From NCBI GenBank assembly GCA_963842945.1, contig CAWJIM010000023.1, forward strand, positions 128,001 to 192,000: a stretch of DNA of 64,000 nucleotides, in the 5' to 3' direction. Of the stretch, positions 21,007 to 31,466 are shown piece after piece. How positions within the stretch are numbered: the stretch's first letter is position 1; each line of letters opens with the position of its first letter. Under the pieces are notes generated by a model that saw nothing but the letters and a program-made list of their open reading frames with translations, was not told the DNA's origin and ran no database searches. The stretch comes from an uncultured Gemmatimonadales bacterium (lineage in GTDB: Bacteria > Gemmatimonadota > Gemmatimonadetes > Gemmatimonadales > GWC2-71-9). The position numbers and the translations under genes are program-made.

Positions 21007-23325
21007 GTGTCCGATCCTCTCGCACTCCTGCGACTTGCGTTGGCTGATCGCTACACCATCGAGCGGGAGCTCGGCCGGGGCGGTATGGCGACGGTCTTTC
21101 TCGCCCAGGACCTGAAGCATCGCCGCCCGGTAGCGGTGAAACTGCTTCGGCCAGAACTGGCCGGACCGATCGGGCCCGACCGGTTTCTCCGCGAAATCGA
21201 GATCGCCGCCAGCCTGATCCATCCCCATATCCTGCCGCTCTTCGACTCCGGAAGCGTGGATGGACTGCTCTACTATGTCATGCCCTATATCGAAGGCGAG
21301 TCTCTGCGCCAACGGCTCGACCGGGAGCGGCAGCTGCCAGTCGAGGACGCCCTACGGATTACCCGCGAGGTGGCGGAGGCGCTGGGATACGCCCACGGTC
21401 TGGGCTTCGTCCATCGCGACATCAAGCCGGCGAACATTCTGCTTTCCCAGAACCACGCGGTGGTCGCCGACTTCGGCATCGCCCGCGCCATCACCGCGGC
21501 AGGTGGCGAGCAGCTCACCGAGGCCGGGCTGTCGCTCGGCACACCGGCCTACATGAGTCCGGAACAGGCCATGCAAGGCAGTGAGGTGGACGGCCGGAGC
21601 GATCTGTATAGCCTGGGATGTGTGCTGTACGAGATGCTGGTGGGTGATCCGCCGTTCCTGGGCCGAAGCCCACAGCATATTCTGGCGCGTCACGTGATGG
21701 ATCCGGTGCCGCCGGTGCGAACGGTTCGAGTGACGGTGTCGCCAAAGGTCGAGCGCGCATTGTTCCAGTCGCTGGCCAAAGCGCCCGCCGATCGCTACGC
21801 GACGATGTTCGACTTCGTCCAGGCGCTTGGCTCGGCGCCGGTGAGCGAGCCGGAGCTGACAGTAGCCCGTCCTATGCAGCCGCCGGTGCGCTCTATCGCT
21901 GTTCTTCCCTTTGCGAACCTGAGCGGAGACCCGGAAAACGAGTACTTCGGGGACGGCCTCGCGGAGGAGTTGCTGAGTTTGCTGGGCAGTGTAAAGGGAC
22001 TCCGGGTCGCCTCTCGCACATCGGCGTTTGTGTTCAAGAATAGCAAGACCGATCTCCGGACCATCGGGCAAACGCTCAACGTGCAGAATGTCCTCGAGGG
22101 TAGCGTGCGAAAAGCCGGGAATCGCATCCGAGTGACGGCACAGCTCAGCAACGCAACCGATGGTTACGACATCTGGTCGGAACGGTACGACCGCGAGCTC
22201 AAGGACGTGTTCGCCATCCAGGATGAGATCGCCCACACCATTGTCGATGCGCTCCATATCCAAATCACGGGTGAGCAGGCGGAACGGCTGGGGAAGCGTA
22301 CAACCGTCGATCCCGAGGCGTACGACTGCTACCTCAAGGGCCGACACCACTGGAACAACCGTCCCACCGGAACCTCGAAAGCAGTCGAATACTTCAAGCA
22401 GGCGGTGGCAAAGGATCCCAGCTACGCCTTGGCGTACACCGGCCTGGCCGATTGCTACGGGAGCATGGGCGGCTGGGAAGGCAACGCGATGCCGCCCCGC
22501 GATGCCTGGCCGCTCGCTGCGGCGGCGGCTCGACGCGCTTTGGAGCTCGACCATACATTGGGCGAGGCACACACCTCGCTGGCTCACGTGCACCTGCACT
22601 ACGATTGGGATTGGCCCGCCGCCGAAGGGGAGTTCCGCCGGGCAGTGGAACTCCACCCGGCCTACTCCACGGCACACCACTGGCTCTCCCATCTCGCGAT
22701 GGCCATGGGACGTCTGGAGACATCACTCGCCGAAAGCCGGAGATGTTTGGAGCTGGATCCAGTTGATCTCGTCATCAACGTCCATCTCATCTGGCACTAC
22801 TGGCTCGCGCGCCAGCCTGACGAAGCCATCGAGCAGGGATCGAAGACTCGCGAGCTGCATCCCAATTCGTTCTGGTCGGAGTTCTTCATCGGACTGGCAT
22901 ACGAGGACAAGCAGATGCCCGACGCCGCAGTCACCCATCTGGCGAAGGCCGCAACGATGTCGGGCGGGAGTACCTTCGTGCTCGCTGCATTGGGACACGC
23001 CCATGCGGCGGCAGGCCAGCGGGGGAAGGCCCTCGAACTGCTAGAAACCCTCAATGGACTCAGCCGAGAACGCTACGTCCCGGCCTATGACCGAGCGATG
23101 ATATACCTCGGACTGAACCAGATCGATCCGGCCATAGAGTGGCTGCAGCGCGCCTACCAGGAACGGTCCAGCTGGATCAGCTACCTCAACGTCGAGCCCA
23201 GACTCGCTCCTTTAAGGAGCGACCCTCGCTTTATCGAGTTGACGAAAGGGTTGGGATATCCGGAGCCGGCCTCGAACTTTTCGTCGGCCTCAGCCTCCGA
23301 TCTCGGAGCCGCGCGCACTCCTTGA
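21007..23325 (+). CDS. Ser/Thr kinase - TolB_N-like - TPR protein without TM helix (K4)
   Basis: Intact 772 aa; HRDIKPAN, DFG; RSIAVLPFANLSGDPENEYFGDG follows the kinase directly with no hydrophobic segment. Confidence 0.95.
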   Translation: MSDPLALLRLALADRYTIERELGRGGMATVFLAQDLKHRRPVAVKLLRPELAGPIGPDRFLREIEIAASLIHPHILPLFDSGSVDGLLYYVMPYIEGESLRQRLDRERQLPVEDALRITREVAEALGYAHGLGFVHRDIKPANILLSQNHAVVADFGIARAITAAGGEQLTEAGLSLGTPAYMSPEQAMQGSEVDGRSDLYSLGCVLYEMLVGDPPFLGRSPQHILARHVMDPVPPVRTVRVTVSPKVERALFQSLAKAPADRYATMFDFVQALGSAPVSEPELTVARPMQPPVRSIAVLPFANLSGDPENEYFGDGLAEELLSLLGSVKGLRVASRTSAFVFKNSKTDLRTIGQTLNVQNVLEGSVRKAGNRIRVTAQLSNATDGYDIWSERYDRELKDVFAIQDEIAHTIVDALHIQITGEQAERLGKRTTVDPEAYDCYLKGRHHWNNRPTGTSKAVEYFKQAVAKDPSYALAYTGLADCYGSMGGWEGNAMPPRDAWPLAAAAARRALELDHTLGEAHTSLAHVHLHYDWDWPAAEGEFRRAVELHPAYSTAHHWLSHLAMAMGRLETSLAESRRCLELDPVDLVINVHLIWHYWLARQPDEAIEQGSKTRELHPNSFWSEFFIGLAYEDKQMPDAAVTHLAKAATMSGGSTFVLAALGHAHAAAGQRGKALELLETLNGLSRERYVPAYDRAMIYLGLNQIDPAIEWLQRAYQERSSWISYLNVEPRLAPLRSDPRFIELTKGLGYPEPASNFSSASASDLGAARTP

Positions 23326-23452
23326 TCGTGCGTGCAATCTGGTTCCGAGCCATTAAGCAGCTCCTCGTCGGCCCCACCTCCACTGCGGATGCTGGCCGCG
23401 GGAAACGCTTACGGGATGTAATACGGAGAGGGCTGACCGAGCTCGGCGCCGA

Positions 23453-25083
23453 CTAGCCATCCCGACCTGTCGACTGTCCCGCCTGAAGCAGCTGCGCCCA
23501 GTCGAGCTCCGCCCAGTCCAGCTCCTCCTCGACGCGCTGGAACGCCGCGTCGCCGATCGTGCCGTCGGCCCGGAGCGCCACCAGCCGCTGCCGCTGGGCC
23601 TCGGTCGCGGCGCGCACCACCGCCGCGTCGCCGTCCTGAACGGCGGCATCCTCGACCGTCACCGGCGTGGACCGAACCCGCCTGCCGTCTCCGCTCCTCC
23701 GCCGCAAACTCCTCCTCCGCGCGGCGCAGCTGCAGCTGGTAGCGGTGCCGGACCAGCTCCGCCGTCTCCGCCCCCTCGCAGCACTCGGCCGCCGCCAGCG
23801 CCGCCCGCAGCGACTCGACCCGGGCGAGCCGCACCTCGCGATCCACCGTTCCGTCATCCTCGAGTCGCAGGCGCAGCAGCAGCGGCCGGAGCGTGAGCCC
23901 CTGCAGCACGAGCGTGCCGAGCACCACGCCGAAGGCGGTGACCAGGATCAGGTCGCGGTAGGGAAATCCGATCGGAAGCGCGAGCGCCGCGGCGAGGGTC
24001 ACCGTGCCGCGCATGCCGCACCACCCGACCAGCAGCGCGCTCCGGCGGTCGAGCGCCACCGCGTCCTTCGGCCCCGGCTTCCCTTCCCGCGGACGGCAGC
24101 GCCACCGGCTGAACGCCGCCGCGCCGGTCACCCACGCGATGCGCGCGAGGATCACCGCGACGCACACCGCCGCCGCGACGATGGCGTAGCGCGATCCCGC
24201 CGCGCCGGTCAGCCGCGCCGCGATGGACTTGAGCTGGAAGCCCACGAGGATGAACGCGAGCACGTTCAGCACGAACACCGCCACCTCCCACACCGCCCAC
24301 GACGGGATGCGGATGCGCGCCGGCATGATCTCGGCCGCCGGCGCGACGCCGCCATCGCGAAGACCACCAGGGTGATGATGCCCGAGAGGTGCAGCCGCTC
24401 GGCCAGGATCCAGACGCCGAAGGTCCCGCAGAACTGGAACACCACCGCGGTCGCCACGTCGTGGATCCGGCGCTGACGAAGAGCGTCGCGCGGGACAGCG
24501 CGAGCCCGAGCACGACGCTGCCGAGCGTGACCACCAGCAGCGTCGGCAGCACGCTCCAGCCGGAGAGGAAGCCGGTGACCGTGGCGCCGACCGCGAGCCG
24601 GTAGACGAGCAGCGCGCTGGCGTCGTTGAAGAGGCTCTCGCCCTCGAGGATGACGAGCAGCCGGTGCGGCGGGCGGAGCTGCTTGAGCACCGTGGTCGCG
24701 GCCGCCGCGTCGGGCGGGGCCACGATGGCGCCGAGCGCGATCGCCGCCGCCCACGGCAGGTCGGGGACGAGCATCCGCGCGACGACGGCGACGACGGCGA
24801 TGGTGAGCGCCACCGCGCCGAGGGCGAGGCTGGCGACGGTCCGCCAGTTGGCGCGCAGGTCGCGCGGCGAGGCGTCGAAGGCGGCGTCGACCAGCACCGG
24901 CGCGACGAACAGCGCCAGCGCCAGCTCGGGATCGAGCACCAGCGTGGGCAGGCCGGGGATGAGCGCGAGCGCGGCGCCGGCGAGCGCCACCAGCGCCGGA
25001 TAGGGCGCGCCGAGCTGCCGCGCCACCGCCGCCAGCGCCGCACCGCCGAGCAGCAGCGCGATGACGACCTCGAAGACTTCCAC
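23453..25083 (-). CDS. CPA1 family Na+/H+ antiporter (YjcE/NhaP-like), frameshifted
   Basis: LGAIVAPPDAAA, ILEGESLFNDASAL, GWCGMRGTVTLAAALALP, VLQGLTL. Confidence 0.9.
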
Positions 25084-27503
25084 TAAGACTCCTGGTTGGC
25101 AGCTCTGGCTTCTTCCGTCTCGGCCCGGTCCCGCATTCCCTGCACCTCGCGCAAGAGTTGCTGGAACCCGGGATCACCGCGGAGCGGCTGGAGCAGCGGA
25201 TCCCAGGCGAACCATCCGGCACAGGGGAATCCGGTCTGTGCCGCCTGGCCCAGCCATCGCCGAGCCTCCCCGAGTTGCCCCAGCTGCGCATATGCCACGC
25301 CGATGCTGTAGGCCACGTGGTGATCCATGTAGCCCCCACCGGTAACTTCGCGCAGCAGCGCCTGCGCTCTGTTTCGGTCGCCTCGGGCCGCCACGAAACT
25401 GGCCAATGCCGCCTTGGCCCGCCCCACCGCCGAGGCCGACGACGAACGGCTCAGCGTATCCAGCGTCGCCTCGGCCCGCGCGCGTTCACCATAATAGAAG
25501 TACGCCTGCGCCAGATATGAATCGGAAACCGGCCGATCACTCAGCCGGCGCACCTGCTCGAACAGATCGACTGCCTGGTCGGGATGGCCGCTCAGCAGCG
25601 CGATGACGCCCTCGGTCCTCACCTGCTCCACTCGATTTTCCGGGTTGACCTTCTCCCCTTCGCGCACCTCCTCCCGGGCCCGTTCGAACAGACCCAGGTG
25701 GTAGAATGCCGCAGCGCGGTAGTAATGACCGAGGTCGATGCTGGGATTGAGCGCCAGCGCGCGACGGGCCTCCTCCAGCGTTCCGTTCCAATTGAACTCC
25801 GCTTTGCGGTACACGGCCGCCATGGCGAGATGCGCCTCAGCCAGATTGGGATCGAGGGTCAGGGCGTGGCGAGCCTCCTGCTCCGCCCGGGCCCCCCAGG
25901 TCTTGACCTCGGGAGCCGAAGCGAACCGGAGATGCATGTCGGCGCTCGCCATGGCGAGCCCCGCGCGGGCCAGCGCGTAGTTGGGATCGAGCTGCAGCGC
26001 GCGCTGGAAGTTGTCGACCGCGGCCAGGGTGCTCTCCTTGGTGAGCCGGGCGAGCTGGGCCCGTCCAGCGAGATAGCGTTCGTATGCGGCGGCATTGCTG
26101 GTGTAATGGCGATAGACCCGGGCCCGCTCCTCGTCGCTCATTCGGATTGCCAGCGCTGCGCTGACCCGCCTCGCGATCGAATCCTGGAGCGTGAGCAGAT
26201 CCTGCCGCGCAAGATCGTAGTGCTCGCCCCAGAGCAGCGCGCCGTCCTTTGCCCTCAGGAGCTGCACGCTCACCCGGAGGCGCTCGCCCGCCGGTTCCAC
26301 CGTGCCATTGAGCACATAGTCAGTTCGAAGGGCCTTGGCGACCGCACCGATGTCCGGAGCCTGGTCCTGGTAGCGGATGATCGCGCTGGTGGGACGCACC
26401 CGGAGCTGGCTCACGTTGGCCAGGCGGGTGATGATCGCGTCAGGGATACCGATGCCGAGTGCTCCGGTCTCGTCGCCTTGGAGCAAGGGACGGAACGGCA
26501 GGATGGCGACGGTGGTGAGCCCGTCCGCTCCATTGTTGTCGCTCAGTACCAGGGAATAAACCAGATAGGCAGCGCCGCCCAGAAGCAGCGCCAGAGCGGA
26601 GAGAACCGCGGCTCGCGGGCGCCGGCGATGCGGCAGCTCGGGCGGCGGGCGCTCTGCTGCACCGGAGAGTGACGCCGGCTGATGCAGTGCCGCGGCGAAC
26701 TCGGCCCCGGTGGCGAACCGGTCGGCCGGAAGCTTCTCCAACGATTTCAACAGCGCCAGCTCCACCGTCTCTGGCACCGTCCCTCGCAGGGTGCGAACAT
26801 GGGGGGTCGGCTCCAGGAATCGCTTCGCGACCACGCTCTGCGCGGTGGGGCCGGTGAACGGCGGTTCGCCGGCCAGCATCTCGAAGAGCACGGTGCCCAA
26901 CGCATAGATGTCGCTTCGCCCATCGACGGTGCTGCTGGCGGTGGCCTGCTCCGGGCTCATGTACGTCGGGGTGCCCAGGGCCAGCCCGGTCTCGGTGAGC
27001 CGGTCGTCGCGGCCGGCATCGATCGCCCGGGCGACCCCAAAGTCGGCGACCAGCGCCTGCCCGTCGGAGAGCAGGATGTTCTCCGGCTTGATGTCTCGGT
27101 GAACCACGCCATGACGGTGGGCGTAGTCCAGGGCCAGCGCAATCTCGGATGCCAGCCGCACTGCGTCCTCGATCGGGAGCTGCACCTCGCGCTCCAGCCG
27201 TTGCCGGAGACTCTCGCCCTCGACGTAAGCCATGGTGTACCAAAGCAGCCCGCCGGCCTCGCCCGAGTCGAGCAAGGTCAGAATGTGGGGATGCTGAAGG
27301 CGCGCGGTGGTTCGGATCTCGCGGAGAAAGCGCTCGGCGCCGAGAGAGGCGGCCAGGTCGGGGTGAAGCAGCTTCAGCGCGACTGACCGGTCGTGGCGGA
27401 GATCGCGCGCGAGATAGACGGTTGCCATTCCCCCGCGGCCGAGCTCGCGTTCGACGATGTAGCGGCCCTGAAGAGCATCGTTGAGGGCGGACGGTGGGAG
27501 CAC
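25083..27503 (-). CDS. Ser/Thr kinase - TM - TolB_N-like - TPR protein (K5)
   Basis: Intact [32 protein letters not shown], TPRs; start codon uncertain. Confidence 0.93.
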   Translation of the reverse strand: MLPPSALNDALQGRYIVERELGRGGMATVYLARDLRHDRSVALKLLHPDLAASLGAERFLREIRTTARLQHPHILTLLDSGEAGGLLWYTMAYVEGESLRQRLEREVQLPIEDAVRLASEIALALDYAHRHGVVHRDIKPENILLSDGQALVADFGVARAIDAGRDDRLTETGLALGTPTYMSPEQATASSTVDGRSDIYALGTVLFEMLAGEPPFTGPTAQSVVAKRFLEPTPHVRTLRGTVPETVELALLKSLEKLPADRFATGAEFAAALHQPASLSGAAERPPPELPHRRRPRAAVLSALALLLGGAAYLVYSLVLSDNNGADGLTTVAILPFRPLLQGDETGALGIGIPDAIITRLANVSQLRVRPTSAIIRYQDQAPDIGAVAKALRTDYVLNGTVEPAGERLRVSVQLLRAKDGALLWGEHYDLARQDLLTLQDSIARRVSAALAIRMSDEERARVYRHYTSNAAAYERYLAGRAQLARLTKESTLAAVDNFQRALQLDPNYALARAGLAMASADMHLRFASAPEVKTWGARAEQEARHALTLDPNLAEAHLAMAAVYRKAEFNWNGTLEEARRALALNPSIDLGHYYRAAAFYHLGLFERAREEVREGEKVNPENRVEQVRTEGVIALLSGHPDQAVDLFEQVRRLSDRPVSDSYLAQAYFYYGERARAEATLDTLSRSSSASAVGRAKAALASFVAARGDRNRAQALLREVTGGGYMDHHVAYSIGVAYAQLGQLGEARRWLGQAAQTGFPCAGWFAWDPLLQPLRGDPGFQQLLREVQGMRDRAETEEARAANQES

Positions 27504-27602
27504 AGGCGCATGACCGGGAGAGGTGAGGGGAAATGTGCAGATGGGTCCGGGAGGAGGGAAGACGGAGATCCCGGAAGTGGGTGCGTCCCAGTCCGGGCGC
27601 CG

Positions 27603-27634
27603 AAAAGAGAAACGCCCCCGTGAGCCGGGGGCGT
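27603..27634 (-). terminator. Rho-independent terminator
   Basis: ACGCCCCC..GGGGGCGT stem followed on the minus strand by TTCTCTTTT, just after the 27669 stop. Confidence 0.75.
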
Positions 27635-27668
27635 CCTCCCTCAATCCGGGACAGTCAGGGATCACTGA

Positions 27669-28124
27669 CTAGTGATTGTCCCACCCATAGTGGTTCCCGT
27701 TGTCATGATGATCCCGGTCATGGCGATCGCGATCGTCATCGCCGCCGCTACCATCGCGGCCGTTATCGCTGTGGCGGTGCCGCTTCCACTGATAGTCGTT
27801 GATATAGTAGCGGCCCCCACGCTCGTACACGATCACCTCGCTGAGGACCGTGCGGCCGAACGGGCGACGATAGAAGCGGCTCCCGTCGGAGTACACGGTG
27901 ATCACTCGATAGCCGGACCTCTTCCACCAGCGATTGCGGCCGCGGATCCGCTCGACGACGACCACCTCCGCGCCCATGGTTCTGCGGGCGCGATCCGCCA
28001 GTCCGGTTTTCGGGCTGCCCTGAACGATCACGGCACCCTGAGTCGTAGTCTGAGCCGAGAGTGGCGCAGCGATCAGGCCGAACGCCAGGCCGGCACACCA
28101 ACGCACCGCGATACTGCGCTTCAT
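27669..28124 (-). CDS. Secreted protein with Asp/His-rich tail; paralog of 557..1154
   Basis: Signal peptide LSA-Q; YRVITVYSDGSRFYRRPF, VYERGGRYYI, DNGNHYGW. Confidence 0.8.
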   Translation of the reverse strand: MKRSIAVRWCAGLAFGLIAAPLSAQTTTQGAVIVQGSPKTGLADRARRTMGAEVVVVERIRGRNRWWKRSGYRVITVYSDGSRFYRRPFGRTVLSEVIVYERGGRYYINDYQWKRHRHSDNGRDGSGGDDDRDRHDRDHHDNGNHYGWDNH

Positions 28125-28160
28125 AGTGGCCTCGAAGTGTTGGGGAACGGCCGATCAATA

Positions 28161-28191
28161 CGCGAGCCGTGTGCCAACACCTAAGCTCTTG
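28161..28191 (-). promoter_or_regulatory. Sigma-54 promoter with IHF-like site
   Basis: Minus strand TGGCACACGGCTCGC (GG-N10-GC) preceded by CAAGAGCTTA. Confidence 0.7.
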
Positions 28192-28250
28192 CGGCGCATA
28201 GGCTGCAGGAAACTGCATCAGGGGAAAGAGGGAGAAGACGGAGAAACGGC

Positions 28251-28581
28251 CTACGCGGGCTGGAGCAGCCCGATGATGTGCCGTCCGCATCCTTACCGAC
28301 GCGATGAGCCTGCCGCCCATGTCACTGACCTCCCGCTGAATCGTTGCGCCGGCGTCGAGGAGATGCTTCAGTGCGCCGTGGATATCGGCCACATGCAGAT
28401 AAGCGGTCGCGCCGGTCTTGTGGCCGTTCGGGTCGAGGCCGATTTCCTGATTTCCGACGTTGAATTGCACGTAGGACGGATAGTCCACCGCGGGCTCCAC
28501 ACCCAGCAGCTTGCTGAAAACCGACTTCGACTTCACCACGTCCCGTACCGGATAGATCATGGTCTTGATGTACGACGTCAT
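28251..28581 (-). CDS. VOC/glyoxalase family protein (frameshift near C-terminus)
   Basis: IYPVRDVVKSK..LLGVEP..EIGLDP..HVADI..LLDAGA..GGRLIASV. Confidence 0.85.
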
Positions 28582-28637
28582 TGGGGGCGCCTCCGCTCGA
28601 TGGTTTCCCGATCCGGCCCTCTGCCGGACACCAGGAT

Positions 28638-28664
28638 GACGGAGGGCGAATCGGGAATGTGACA
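28638..28664 (-). promoter_or_regulatory. ECF41-type promoter for the VOC gene
   Basis: Exact TGTCACA-N16-CGTC on the minus strand. Confidence 0.8.
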
Positions 28665-28677
28665 AGGCGCCTGCGCC

Positions 28678-29088
28678 CTCAGCGCTCCGCGTTTCTATCC
28701 AGCACCGGTTTCACATCGAGGATCGGCGTTCCATCGATGGCCTCCAGGTGGCAAACTCGGATGCGCAAACCCTGGATCTCCAGGATATCCACCGATGGAG
28801 ACCGAAGGGGTCGGCCGATCGGCCGAGCGAGGGCTGAAGACGCCGGTCAGTGGATTGGCAGGGTTGTCCCGGGGGTGCACAAGCAGAACGTCTCGCTGCG
28901 CGCGATCCAGCCAGGGAGCACGAGCACGGCGTCGCCGACCTTCAGATCGCGCAGTCCATCGTTGAACCGCTCGTCGAAGTGACATGCGTCGGGAGAGCCC
29001 TCGTGGCCCGCTTCGGCGCCCGGCCTGGATCGCGTAACGGCGACTCGACGCGACCAACCGCTGTCAGCGCATAGCTCGGGTCGCGCAA
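28678..29088 (-). CDS. TsaA/TrmO-like SAM-binding protein, multiple frameshifts (possible pseudogene)
   Basis: VGRVESPL, WLDRAQRDVLLVHPR, GVFS.RSADRP, AIDGTPILDVKPVL across frames. Confidence 0.7.
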
Positions 29089-29944
29089 GCGACGGCCCTT
29101 TCTCTTCCTGGAGGAGAACCAGTCCGGCCCGCTCGAGCCGACCGCGATCGGCGATCAGAACGATGCCGCGATCTTTCCGGCCCGATGGGAACCCGACGAT
29201 GAAGCGGCGGGCCGCCTCCTCGTCCACACGGCGCCGGTAATCAGGAACCAGCGCCAGGCGGCAACCATTCCTCGACCCTTGAAGCTCGTGCGACTCCCCG
29301 GCCAGGGATAGGCCGCGCCCCAAGCGCACGACTGCTGGCGGCCCCAGACAACGTCCGGATCGAGCATCGAAAGCAGGGTGTCAAAGTCTCCGTGGCGCGA
29401 CGCCGCGAGGAAGGCGTCCACCAGGTCACGCTGGCGAGCGCGATCGCCGCCCCCCTCCATGTCCCCACCCGCCTCGGCGGCGGGCCCGGCTGGCCAGATG
29501 GCGCTCGCAGCCTCCGATCGCTCCACAAGCGGAGCGATGTCCGCGAAGGGAACCGCAAAAAGATCGTCAAGGAAGAAGGCAACCCGGTCGGCCGAAGTCA
29601 GGGTCTCGAGGACCAGGTGCAGTGCGGCACCGATCGAGTCACCGAGCAGCAGCTCACGTTCGGCTTCGATCTCACTGGAGTCGGGATCGGCTCCGGCTCG
29701 TCAATCGGCTCCTCGGCCCGGGACTTTCGGGAACGCAACAGATCCAGGCATACGCGGGAGACCACTGTGGTGAGCCAGCCGCCGAGATTGGTGATGCTGT
29801 TCTGCTCCGCGCGGCTAAGCCGTAGCCATGCTTCCTGGACCGCGTCTTCCGCTTCCTCCACCAGCCGAGCATCCGCTGAGCCACCGCCTGCAGGTGGCGC
29901 CGGTGACGCTCGAAGAGTTGAGCCAGCCATTCATCGTCCGCCAT
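29071..29944 (-). CDS. ECF41/SigJ-type sigma factor with SnoaL-like C-terminal extension, multiple frameshifts
   Basis: EAEDAVQEAWLRL, WLTTVVSRVCLDLLRS, LASRARRR, VDAFLAASRHGDFDTLLSMLDPDVV. Confidence 0.85.
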
Positions 29945-29980
29945 CGGTCACCCTTCCCTGTCTCAGGTCGTCAGGTGATT

Positions 29981-30007
29981 GACGGGACGACGCAGCCTTT
30001 TGTGACG
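29981..30007 (-). promoter_or_regulatory. ECF41-type autoregulatory promoter
   Basis: CGTCACA-N16-CGTC on the minus strand, 37 nt upstream of the sigma start. Confidence 0.75.
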
Positions 30008-30017
30008 CATCGCTCGG

Positions 30018-30746
30018 TCACCGGCTCGGGCCGCGGGCCGGCAGCAGATCGCCGGCGGCAGAGAGTTTCCTGTCTCCTGCACTCAACCGGTGCGCGACCC
30101 TGCTCGCCTGGATCACTCGAACGATCGCCAAGATGCCGGGGATCATCGGCAGGATCGCGGTGTACATGCCGGGGAAGTAGTACACGCCGGTAGTCCCGAT
30201 CCAGTAGTTGGGCATTCCGGCGACGATCCGGCCGTTCGACACCGCGGCCGAGACCGGAGCGGCCAGCTCGGGTCGGATCGCCGGCTGAAGCAATGGAAAG
30301 ATGAAGTGGGTGAACTCCGCGACTCCTGGGCCGATGAAGATGAACCAGGCGATGAAGCCAGCCAGAGGGACCCGGTAGTAGAGTCCCAGCGCGGTCAGCG
30401 TATAGAGGATCGGCCCGATGAAGGTGAAGACGAGGAGAAAGGAGCGCTCGGTCCAGGAGATGTCGAACAGGCGGCTCATGGCCGGACCGAATCCGGTGAG
30501 GTATTCCTCGATCATGTGAACTTCGAGTGCCGCCACGGTCAGGAGGAAGAGCGGAAGGATTACCCGGGGATCGAGCGGCCTCCGGAGATAGGTCTTGCTC
30601 CAGAGGACCAGGGCGACCAGGCCGGAGCCGCCCACGATCACCACCGGCGGCAAACCGATGTTCCGGTAGCCGGCTATCATCGCCGTGGCGATGAAGAGCA
30701 GGGCGGCGACGAAGCTGAGGACGCGGGTTGAGGTGCTGGTTTCCAT
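30018..30746 (-). CDS. HXXEE-domain membrane protein
   Basis: HMIEEY motif, multiple TM helices, YYFPGMYTA. Confidence 0.8.
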   Translation of the reverse strand: METSTSTRVLSFVAALLFIATAMIAGYRNIGLPPVVIVGGSGLVALVLWSKTYLRRPLDPRVILPLFLLTVAALEVHMIEEYLTGFGPAMSRLFDISWTERSFLLVFTFIGPILYTLTALGLYYRVPLAGFIAWFIFIGPGVAEFTHFIFPLLQPAIRPELAAPVSAAVSNGRIVAGMPNYWIGTTGVYYFPGMYTAILPMIPGILAIVRVIQASRVAHRLSAGDRKLSAAGDLLPARGPSR

Positions 30747-30944
30747 GGCGATCCTCCGCTCTTCTCCAGCAGGGCGACTGCCGCCACCCGGACCGGGCTG
30801 GTTTCGAGCCAGATGCTGGGTCTGGCAACGACCCGTTATCTGCTCCGTCTCCCGGCGGTGGTGGCCCTGGACCGAGCCGCGGTAGTTCGCTGGCTGGGAC
30901 CTACCATTCAGCGCTACCTCACGGCCAGGTAACTGAGGGGAAGC

Positions 30945-31466
30945 TCAGTGGCCCCCGTTGCCGGCTCCGGCCGCATGGCCAACCCGCCCCGCAGCGATCG
31001 CGTTCTCGACATCGATCAGGCCTGACTCCCCTACCCGCTGCACCATCTTGAGCAGCGTGTCCATGGTGGACACCTCCTCCAGCTGCTCCCGGGCGAACCA
31101 CTCCAGAAAGTCGTGCGCGACGTAGTCCTTCTCAGCGGATGCCCGGTCGAGCAGGGCGGTGATCTGCTTGGTGACGGTGTACTCCCAGTCGAGGGCCGTC
31201 GAGACCGCCTCTTCCGCGCTCTTGAACTCGTGCCGGCTGGCGGGGACCGCTGGAATAGCGAGGTGGCCACCCGCGTCCATGATGTAGCGTACGAACTTCA
31301 TCGCATGCATCCGCTCCTCGTCCGCCTGCTTAAGGAAGAACTGGGCCAGCACCGGCAGCCCGACATTGTCGAAGTACCCCGCAACGTTCACGTACTGGAG
31401 CGAGGCCCCGAACTCGTGGCCGATCTGCCCATTCATCTGGTCTGCCATACTCTGGCTTATCAGCAC
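30945..31466 (-). CDS. ftn: Non-haem ferritin
   Basis: QIGHEFGASLQY, QADEERMHAMKF, WFAREQLEE ferroxidase motifs. Confidence 0.9.
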   Translation of the reverse strand: MLISQSMADQMNGQIGHEFGASLQYVNVAGYFDNVGLPVLAQFFLKQADEERMHAMKFVRYIMDAGGHLAIPAVPASRHEFKSAEEAVSTALDWEYTVTKQITALLDRASAEKDYVAHDFLEWFAREQLEEVSTMDTLLKMVQRVGESGLIDVENAIAAGRVGHAAGAGNGGH

